48,369 bases of DNA, from the NCBI GenBank assembly GCA_001724265.1, contig MEDY01000221.1, positions 1 through 48,369 of the forward strand. The letters run 5' to 3'. Every line of letters starts with the position of its first letter. Position 1 is the first letter of the stretch. Of this stretch, positions 40,001-48,369 are shown piece by piece. Below the pieces are notes generated by a model, which saw nothing but the letters and a program-made list of their open reading frames with translations, did no database searches and was not told the DNA's origin. Source of the DNA: Rhizaria sp. SCN 62-66 (Eukaryota). A program made the position numbers and the translations under genes.

Positions 40001-43000
40001 TCAGAGCTTGGCTTGCGGACTGCAGACCTCTGCCCAGCGCGCGGTTGTGAGCGGCACGTACGCGCCCTTGCCGTGGCCCGCGCCGCCCCACAGGTCCGCG
40101 ACCCACAGTGCGTCGGGCTCAGCTCCCGCTGCGCGCGCCGCCTCGCGGACGCGGTCCGGGTCGGCGCCCTGGTCGCGCAGCTCCGTCTTCTTGTGCTTGA
40201 AGGTCGACGTCACCTCAACCTGGCCCTGCGCCAGCACGCGCACGAACAGAGGCACGGCGTACGCCGGCAGGTGTGCGCGCGCGTGCTTTCCCAGCGCCGC
40301 GAGTGCCGCGGCCGCGCCGCCCGCGGCGGCCGCGCGCGCGGGGTCGAGCGCGACCGCGGCCATGCACGCGCGCCCGTCGCGGCCGGGCACCGCCGCGCCG
40401 TACACGTTGACCTCGGCGACCGCGCCCGAGGGCTCCGCCGAGAGCACCTCCTGGACCTCGTTGGTGCTGACGTTCTCGCCCTTCCAGCGGAACGTGTCGC
40501 CCACGCGGTCGACGAACCACCAGTAGCCGTCGCCGTCCACGCGCAGCAGGTCGCCCGTGCGGAAGTAGCGGTCGCCGCGCCGGAAGACGTCGCGCAGCAC
40601 CTTGCCCGCGCTGCTCGCCGCGTTGCCGTGGTAGCCGGCGTACGCGCGCACGGGGTCCCAGCCCACGATCTGCGCCAGCAGTTCGCCCGCCTCGCCCGGC
40701 GCGCACGGCTCACACAGCCCCGTGTCCTTGTTCCGCACCACGGCGTCCGCGGCGACGTCGTAGCGCGCGAGCCGCATGCCTGAGACCCAGTGCAGCAGCG
40801 AGCCCATGTGCCCCACGGCCCCGCGCGCGGCCACCGGGTCCCCCGCGCGGTGGTGGTGGAAAAGCCCCGCGTTGCCCTCGGTGGCCGCGTAAAACTCGCC
40901 CACCTCGGCCACGCCGAAGCGCGTCTGGAACGGGCCCCAGACCTCGGGCCGCAGCCCGTTGCCGACGGCGAGGCGGACCGCGTGCGCGCGGTCGGCGGGG
41001 CCCGGCGGCGTGGCGAGCAGGTAGCGGCACAGCTCGCCGATGTACTGCACGACGGTGACGCCGTGGCGCGCGCAGTCGGCCCAGAAACGGCTTGCGCTGA
41101 AGCGGCGCGCCAGCACCACGGTGGCGCCGCGCTGCACGCTGGCCATGACGCACACGACCGTCGCGGCCGAATGGTACAGCGGCAGCGGCGTCAGGAAGCG
41201 GTCCTCGGCGCGCAGCCCGTAGTGGGCCGCGAAGAGCGTGCCGCCGCCGTGCAGCCGCGCGTGGCGCACGCACGCCGCCTTGGGCAGCCCCGTCGTGCCG
41301 GACGTGTAGATGAGCAGCGCCGTGTCGTGGAAGCCCACGCCGCGGCGCCACGACCGCGGCGGCGCGGCGCCCGTGAAGGCCGCCGCCGCCCCGCGCAGCG
41401 CGTCGGCCGCCAGCACCGCGTCCAGCGAGTACACCGGCAGCGGCAGCGGCAGCGGCTGCGACGATGCGGCGTCGCTGGTGCTGGTGCTGGTGCCGTCATT
41501 CTTGCTGTCTCTGTCGTTGTCGCGGTCCGTGCTGTTGCGGCTGCTGCCGAGGCCGCCGCGCGCGCGGAGCGTGTCGGCACTCGAGCAGTCCGCGCTGTCG
41601 TTCGGGCCCACAGCCGCATAGAGCGACGCCAACGGCTGCGGGCCCGTGCCGCTGCTGTTGGCGCTGTTGGCGATGTTGGCGCTGCTGCCGCTGCTGCTGC
41701 TGTGGCCCCAGAACACGATGGGCCTGGCGGTGGCCTCCGCGCCGGCCAGGAAGCCCCCGTCGGCGCGGTCGAGGGCGAAGCTCACGGCGCCCCCGCTTCC
41801 ACTGCTGCTGTTGAGGTTGAGATGCTCTCCGCCGTCCGCGGCTGTCGCGGTGGCTGCGGTGGGCGCGGCGCGCAGCACGGCCAGCGGGCGGTACAGCCGG
41901 CCCTCGCGCGCGGCCGCCAGCGCCGCCGATGCGGACGCCGCCGCAGACGCCGCAGACGCCGCAGACGCAGGCGAGCTGAGCGCAGAGCCGGCCGGGGACG
42001 TCGCCGGTGAGGCTGCGGCCGAGTCGAGCAGGGTGGCCACCACCGCGCCCGCCGCCGCCGCCGCAGAGGCCGGCGAGTGCGAGCGTGGACTAGAGCGGGG
42101 CTTGGTGTCGCCGCCGCCGCCATGCTTGCCAGTCATGATCGCCGTCGCCGCGGCGGTTGCGGAGGCCTCCACCGTGCTGCCGCTGTTGCTATTGCGACTG
42201 ATCACACCGCTACAGCTGGCTGTGTATGTGCTGGCTGGCGCCGCGCGCGCCGCGGCGGGCGCGGCGACTGTGGGCTCCGGCAGCTGGGGCAGCAGCTCGT
42301 CGTCGTTGTCGGCGTCGTTGTCGACCTCGAGCCCGCTGAACGCGCCCGCGCGCACGGCAGCGGCCGCGCTTGCCGCAGCCGCGCTCCCGCTCCCGCTCCC
42401 ACTGCCGCTGTGGCTGCTGCTGCTGTAGCTGCTGCTGCTCCTGAGCGCCGCGTTTACTGCCGCTGCGGCCGCGGCGACGCGCGCCTTGCCCGCCGCGTCC
42501 GCGGGCGCGGGCGGCCCGATGCCCTTGAGTGCCGCCTCGCGGGCCCGCTGAGTAGCCCGCTGTGTCGCTCGCTGTGTGGCCCCCGCGGCGCCGCCCTGCG
42601 GCAATGCCTCCTCCGCGTCAGCGTCGGCGTCAGCGCCTGAGTCCAAAGCAGCTGCGGCGGCGGCGGAGGTGGTGGGCTGGGCGCGGAGGGCGCGCGCTGC
42701 GGCGGCCGCGGTAGTGGCGACGGCGGTGGCGGCCTCGACCACGGCCGCGGCGCGCGGGCCCGCGGCGGCGTCGCGCGCGCGCGTGGCCGCCGCCAGCGCG
42801 TCGATCGTCGCCGCGGCCACTGCGGCAGCTGCAACGGCCTCGGCCTCAGCGTCAGCGTCGGCATTGGCGTCGCCGCTGGCGCGAGCGGCGGGCAGGGGCG
42901 CGCGGCGCGGCGCGATGTCGTTGCAGCCGTACACAGCGACGTCGACACCACCGGCAATGCTGTTGCTGCTGTTGCTGAGCTGCGGCCCCGAGGAAAGCTC

Positions 43001-43984
43001 GCGGCCGAGGACGAAGACGGGCAACGGCGCGGCGCGCTTGCGGAGCAGGGGGTAGGCCTCGAGCACGGCGGCGGCGGCGTGCTCGTCGGCGACGAGCAGC
43101 TTGGGCGCGGCCAGGTCGATGCAGTGCGCCAGCGGCCCGCCCTTGGTGTTGTAGTTGAGCAGCGCGGTCACGGCGCCGACCTTGGCGGCCGCCAGCCACA
43201 CGCACAGGTACTGCGGCCGGTTCTCCATCGACAGCGCGATCACGTCACCCTGGCACACGTCCAGCGACTGCAATTAGGTCAGGGACAGAACAGACACAGG
43301 AAGAAGTGGTGTCGAGTTAGTGTGATCATATGTACGCACAAGAAATAATTATTTCAAAGCGAAACACTTGTTACATAGTAGAATACATAAAATTGCATCA
43401 ATAATATTGTCAGAACTCGTTCCGCGCGCGTACCCTAAGCCAGCGCGCGAGCCGGTTGGCGAGGTGGTCGGCGTCATGGTAGGTCCAGCTCTGCTCCTCG
43501 AAAGCCACGAAGACGCGGTGTGGGTGCCTGCGCACGGCCGCCTCCCACACGTCCGCGACCGTGAAGCTGCGCAGCGCGAAGTAGTGCGAGGTCGCGATGA
43601 GGGACACGTTTGTGGTGAGCGTGCCGAGGTCCTTGGCGAGGAAGTGGGCCGAGCGCAGCGGCTTGCGGATGCTGCGAAGGGCCGCTGAGACGAAGGCCAG
43701 GAGCGAGAGCAGGAACATGAGAGCGAGGACGAGAAAGAGCGAGAGATGGGACAAAGACGCAAACAGCGCTGTGAACGCGTGAGCAGAGGTCGGGGTGAGA
43801 GGCGAGGCAAGAAAGGACGAGTGCAAGGCGCATGCGAGAGCGGGTCAGGCACTGCGAGGCAGGACGCGACTTAAAGTGATTTAAAGAGGATGAGATAGAG
43901 AAACGAACCTGTGCCCACAGTCAGCCAAAAGGGGCTTCCGGCATTGTCAACAGCGGTGTCAAGACCGGAGTGGGCTTCAGCCAT
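40001..43984 (-). CDS. FATP/SLC27-family very-long-chain acyl-CoA synthetase. Exons 43984-43909, 43768-43434 and 43267-40001, 1225 aa
   Basis: IYTSGTTGLPKAA, LPLYHS, RRFSASRFWADC...VQYIGELCRYLL, GNGLRPEVW, EFYAATEGN, RDVFRRGDRYFRTGDLL, DRVGDTFRWKGENVSTNEV, YAVPLFVR, TSTFKHKK. Introns 43908-43769 (G|gttcgt...cacag) and 43433-43268 (AGG|gtacgc...ttgcag) keep the frame. N-terminal hydrophobic segment. Stop TGA. Confidence 0.93.
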
Positions 43985-44718
43985 GTAGTGGTTAGCGGCA
44001 ACGAGCGCGGCGACTTTGAGCGGAGTGATGTGCGAGAGTGCAGACCCATGGAGGCATCAAGGTAAGCGAGCAAAGATATGAGGCACTTCTGCACCGGATT
44101 TTGCAATGATAAAAATAAAATATAATGCTTCAAGTCATTTTGAATATAAAAACGGGATGTTTAAGAAAGAATACGATTATAATACCTTGATGCAGGTGCA
44201 TTTTTAACCTGACCCACAGCACCCCGTTGGCAACGCACTCTCGCGCGCTATTTCGATTTGATTTTGGCGGCTTCGTCTTTTGAATTGGGGCTGCTCGGTG
44301 GAGGTACTTCTCAGGGCGTTTAGCGCGTGCACCGAGCAATTTCAACAGGCGATACCGGAGTATTATTTCAAACTTTGGTGTTTAATGCTAAACTTGCTAT
44401 TTATATCTCTTGTTCACGCAATGTCCACAAACATTTTAATCGAAATGAAGAAGGGCGCGCTGCGCCTGCTCGGGACTGCGGCCCTTGACTGCAAATCATT
44501 TCCTACGTTATAATATCGTTGTAACGCTACTTTTTTCTGGTATGCCCACATATTTGCTAATTTCTTATCGAAATCAACGTGCATTCTTTCTTAGCACTCG
44601 TGTTCTTTCGTCGTTATACCTCCTGTTCAAGACCGCTCCCTAAACTGCCCCTCGTGGCAATCTGTCGACTCTTGCCGCTCCTGCCCCAGCGCCCGAGCCC
44701 AGGCCCTGTGACTTGTAC

Positions 44719-47700
44719 ATGAACCCACAATTCGAGCCCCCGCCGGCCAGGGCTTTGCTCCTGAAGTCACAGCTGCAGTCGCTGTCATCTCGTTCCTCTG
44801 CGTCCTCGACCGCGATGCTAGCTTCTGCGTCCCACTCCACGGCCTCCATCACCGCGCGGATTTCAGGCCCCGTGCCGGCCCCAACTGCCGGCGCTTGGCC
44901 CACGCACTTGCCCGCGTCCTCGCCCACGGCCTCGTCCGCCGCACTGGTTTCCGCGCCCCCGCGCTCGGCGCCCTCGGGCTTCGCCGCGCCCGCCCCGCGC
45001 GCCTCGCTGGTTATGACGGCCGGGAACTCATATGTTTCCGTTGGGGTGGCGCCCTCGCGCCCGCTGTCGCTGTTGATGCCCGCGGCGGGTTCCAGCGCGT
45101 TTATTCTCTCCAGCACCAGCCCCATCTCCGGTTCCGGCTCCGCCTCCCCGCCCGCCGCGCTGCATTCGCAGTCGAACTCGCAGTCTCAGCCACAGCCGCT
45201 CTCGCAGTCGCTGGCGCAGTCGCTGGCGTCGTCCATTTCGCCTGCGGTCGTGTCGAGGGTGCAGCTCACGCTCGCGCAAGCACGCCAGCCGCACCTTCCG
45301 CTTCAGCCTGCCGGCACCCACGCGCACGGCCACGTGCACGGCCCGTACTCGCCGGACCTCGGCCTCGGCGGCGCACCCGTCGTTGGCGCGTGCCTGCTGG
45401 GGCAGGGGCAGGGACTGCTGGGCAAGCCCACGGTCACCTCGCGCGGCGTGGCCGCGGTGCAGATGGCCTCGCGTGCGGCTGCCGCCGCCGCGGCCTCGGC
45501 ATCGGCCTCGGCCTCCGGCGTTGCGCCGGTCGTGCTGCCGCCGCCGCCGCCGTCCACGGGCCCCCGCGGCCTGGGACTCTCCGTCTCGGTCACCTCGAGC
45601 TACGGCCACGGTCACAGCCATAGCCACTTGGACAGCCCCAGCCAGTTTGCGGCGTCGCGCCTGTTGCCGCCGCAGCGGCTGGCGGCCTCGGCCTCGCACC
45701 CCGGCTTGGCCGCCGGCTCCGCCGCGGGCTCGGCCGCCACCACGCCCGCCTACGGCCCTACGCCTGCTTACGGCCCCGCGCCAGCTTGCGGGCCTGCCGC
45801 TACCACTGTTGCTGCTGCTGCGACGCCGTCTAACGCGCTGCTGAGCGCGCTGCCCAGCTCATTGCGGCCTTCCTCGGCACTGGGCGCGCTCGCCAGCGCG
45901 GGCTCCAGCTCTGCCGGCTCCGGCCCCGGCTCTGGCACTGGCTCCGGCGCCGGCTTGACATCTGCCGTTTCGCATTCGCGCTCACACTCGCAGTCACCGG
46001 CGGTGTCGCCCTGCGTGGGCGCGGTGCCCGTCGGCCGCCCCCGCGCCTCAGCGCAGGCGCAGTACCTCCTGCACTCGCAGTCCCATTCTTCCTCTCAGCC
46101 GCTGCCGCAGCCGCAGAGCCGCGGGCCGCGGCATCAGCTCTACAGCCACGGCCACGGTTACGGCTACAACTACGCCCACGGCTACGACGCCGACGCCGAC
46201 TCGGACTCGCAGTCGGACTGCGGCGGCGGCGCCGTCCGCCCGTCCCGGCAGCCGCTGCGCGGGCGCTACGGCCCCAGCGCGCTCACCGCCGCCGCCGCCG
46301 CCGCCGCCACTGGCGCTGGTGCTGGTGCCGGTGTGGGCGAGTGGTCGGGGGCCGAGTCTGGCGCCGAGGACTCCGCGACCGAGCAGCAACCGCAGCAGCC
46401 GCAGCATTTCGGCCGGCGCCAGCGCCAGCAGCCGCAGCGGGGCGCGCGCCGCGTTGCCGCCGCCACCCGAGGCGACTCCGCCGACGCTGACTCGGCCGCT
46501 GCCGCCGCGAGTGCCGCTGCGACGCATGCGGGCTCGCGGGCGCAGTCGCGCGCACAGTCCAGGGCGCAGTCGCGTGCCCCCACGCCGCCGCCGCGCGGAG
46601 CCCGCGCCGCGCACGGCCACGGTGCTTACGGCTACTCTGAGGGCGATGGCGACGGCCACGACGGCTACAACTGCGGCGACAACGGGGACCTGAGCGACGC
46701 ACACCGCGGCGGCGCCCCGCAGTTGCATTCGCAGTCCGCGAGCTCTCTGCACTCGCAGCCACAGGCGCAGAGCCAGGCGCAGCTGCAGGTCGGGGACCTG
46801 ATGGCGCTGACGATGGCGCCCGCGCGGCTGCGCGCTGAGGCCGCTCTGGCGGCGGGCGTGCTGCGCGAGACCGTGGGGCTCTTCAATGACGTTGTGGCCG
46901 CCGCCGCCGCAGCCGCCGAGGCCGCCGCCGCGGGCCGGCCTGTGTCCGTGCACGAGAGCGAGGGCGGGACGCTTGCCGACCACTGCGACTGCCCCAGCTG
47001 CGACTGCTCGGGCACGCACGCCGCCGCCGCCGCGACTCGTGCTGCAGCCGCTGCTCGTGCTGCCGCTGACGACAACGAAGACCACGACTATGACCATGAC
47101 GACGCCGATGACGAGGGCGAGCTCTACCTTGCGCCGTCCGCCGCGACGACCGCGGTGCTGATCTCCGCGGCGGCCGCGCGCGCGCGCCTCGACGCAGTGT
47201 TTGGCGCGCCGCGCTGGGTGCCCCGCGGCACGCCCGCCTGCGCGCGGCGCCACCGCACCACGCTGCCCGCGCCCGCACCGCGCGCCCTCTCGCTGCTGGC
47301 GCCCGGCGGCGCGCGCACACTACTGCCGCTGTTTGACGACGGGCTCCACGCGCTCGCCGCCGCTGCCGCGGGCGCTGCCGCCGCGAGCGATGGCGCCGCC
47401 GCGCAGGTGCTGTGCTCCGCGCCGCAGCCGCCATCGGCGCTGCCGCCGGGCCCTGACCACGGCGGCCACGGCCTGCTTGACGCTGCCGATGCGGACTCGG
47501 GCGCTGGCGAGGGCTGGACCGCCGCGGCCGTGGCAGCGCTGGCGCGCGTGGCGCTGGCCGCGGGGCTGCAGCCGACGGCGCCCTCGGTCGCCGAGACGCT
47601 CTCCGGCAGCGACCTGCTGGGCGCCGCGCTCGCCGCAGCCAGCGCCAGCAACAGCAGCGGCAGCGGCGGCAGCGGCGGTGTGTACGACGGGTTCTTCGAG

Positions 47701-48369
47701 CCCGAGCAGAGCGACGCCGTGCCCGACGGCGCCGCCCCGCCCGCCGCGGCCGTGGCCGCCACAGCGCTCGCGGGCGCCGCCGTGGCCAGCCTGTCCGCGG
47801 GTGCCTCGGCGGCCTCGACGCCCCCGCGCCAGCTACCCTTCGACGCGGCCCTCGCGCTGCTGCTGCAGCTGCTGCGCGCGGCCGCGCCCGACGCCGCCGC
47901 CGCGCCCGGCACCGTCGCGCACACCAAGGCTCAGCTGCTGGCTGCGCTGCGCGCCGCGCCGCCCGCCGCCGCGGCCTCCGCGCGCGCCGTCGCCGCCGCG
48001 CTGGGGCTGTCGCTGGCGGTGCCGCCGCGTGTGGCGCTCGTCTTCGGCGGGCCCGACGCGGACGGCCGCGGCTTCGCGCCCCCGCGCCTCTGGCTCGCGG
48101 GTACCGCCACGCCGCTCTACGACCCCGCCGCGTGCGCGGAGATGACGCGCGCGCTCGCCGCGGCTCGCGGCCACGCGCGCGCCGCGCTCGCGCGCACGCA
48201 GCGCGGGGCCGTGCGCTCCCGCAACCGCGCCGCGAGCGCCGCCTCAGCTGGCGCTGCTGCTGGCGCTGGCGCCGCGCCTCTGTCTGCGGCTGCGGCCGCG
48301 GCTGCGGCTGCGGCCGCGGCGAGCAACGACGCCGCGGCGCTGGAGCAGCAGCTGCGGCTGATGCGCGCG
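44719..48369 (+). CDS. Unknown Ala-rich protein, 3'-truncated by the window end (at least 1217 codons)
   Basis: ATG AAC CCA CAA TTC at 44719. The frame has coding-like codon usage and appears open to the last base (...CAG CTG CGG CTG ATG CGC GCG), which explains its absence from the ORF track. Confidence 0.75.
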   Translation, partial: MNPQFEPPPARALLLKSQLQSLSSRSSASSTAMLASASHSTASITARISGPVPAPTAGAWPTHLPASSPTASSAALVSAPPRSAPSGFAAPAPRASLVMTAGNSYVSVGVAPSRPLSLLMPAAGSSAFILSSTSPISGSGSASPPAALHSQSNSQSQPQPLSQSLAQSLASSISPAVVSRVQLTLAQARQPHLPLQPAGTHAHGHVHGPYSPDLGLGGAPVVGACLLGQGQGLLGKPTVTSRGVAAVQMASRAAAAAAASASASASGVAPVVLPPPPPSTGPRGLGLSVSVTSSYGHGHSHSHLDSPSQFAASRLLPPQRLAASASHPGLAAGSAAGSAATTPAYGPTPAYGPAPACGPAATTVAAAATPSNALLSALPSSLRPSSALGALASAGSSSAGSGPGSGTGSGAGLTSAVSHSRSHSQSPAVSPCVGAVPVGRPRASAQAQYLLHSQSHSSSQPLPQPQSRGPRHQLYSHGHGYGYNYAHGYDADADSDSQSDCGGGAVRPSRQPLRGRYGPSALTAAAAAAATGAGAGAGVGEWSGAESGAEDSATEQQPQQPQHFGRRQRQQPQRGARRVAAATRGDSADADSAAAAASAAATHAGSRAQSRAQSRAQSRAPTPPPRGARAAHGHGAYGYSEGDGDGHDGYNCGDNGDLSDAHRGGAPQLHSQSASSLHSQPQAQSQAQLQVGDLMALTMAPARLRAEAALAAGVLRETVGLFNDVVAAAAAAAEAAAAGRPVSVHESEGGTLADHCDCPSCDCSGTHAAAAATRAAAAARAAADDNEDHDYDHDDADDEGELYLAPSAATTAVLISAAAARARLDAVFGAPRWVPRGTPACARRHRTTLPAPAPRALSLLAPGGARTLLPLFDDGLHALAAAAAGAAAASDGAAAQVLCSAPQPPSALPPGPDHGGHGLLDAADADSGAGEGWTAAAVAALARVALAAGLQPTAPSVAETLSGSDLLGAALAAASASNSSGSGGSGGVYDGFFEPEQSDAVPDGAAPPAAAVAATALAGAAVASLSAGASAASTPPRQLPFDAALALLLQLLRAAAPDAAAAPGTVAHTKAQLLAALRAAPPAAAASARAVAAALGLSLAVPPRVALVFGGPDADGRGFAPPRLWLAGTATPLYDPAACAEMTRALAAARGHARAALARTQRGAVRSRNRAASAASAGAAAGAGAAPLSAAAAAAAAAAAASNDAAALEQQLRLMRA

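Noticed and set aside
1360-48326. Numerous long antisense and alternate-frame ORFs (for example 1900..3693, 9729..12146, 19033..21618, 21742..23997)
   Set aside because: They are shadow ORFs expected from extreme GC content and codon bias. Each overlaps a better-supported gene and has no recognisable domain.

Overview
Gene-dense nuclear DNA from an unidentified protist-like eukaryote. Coding regions are very GC-rich and encode Ala/Gly/Gln low-complexity sequence, spacers are AT-richer, and introns are short GT-AG introns with G|GTHCGY donors. Twelve genes can be supported: WDR44, an unknown coiled-coil protein, SEC20/BNIP1 (with a probable alternative last exon ending KMEL), a probable mitochondrial single-pass protein, a 2807-aa Frizzled/Smoothened-like receptor with two CRDs, an FKBP51/52-type immunophilin, ARP8, an RPxSA-repeat protein, eIF1/SUI1, a Dpy-30-motif protein, a FATP/SLC27 ligase, and an unknown gene that runs off the window end. 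The main finding is that two genes are interrupted by a single in-frame TAG with coding-like sequence on both sides. In WDR44 the TAG lies in a CAG (Gln) run between the conserved N-terminal FFAT-like motif and the WD40 domain. All 12 inferred termini use TGA or TAA and none uses TAG. This points to possible UAG-only stop-codon reassignment or readthrough. Also notable are three abutting exact 15-bp tandem duplications beside an AT-rich island. No tRNA, rRNA, CRISPR array or recognisable transposon was found.
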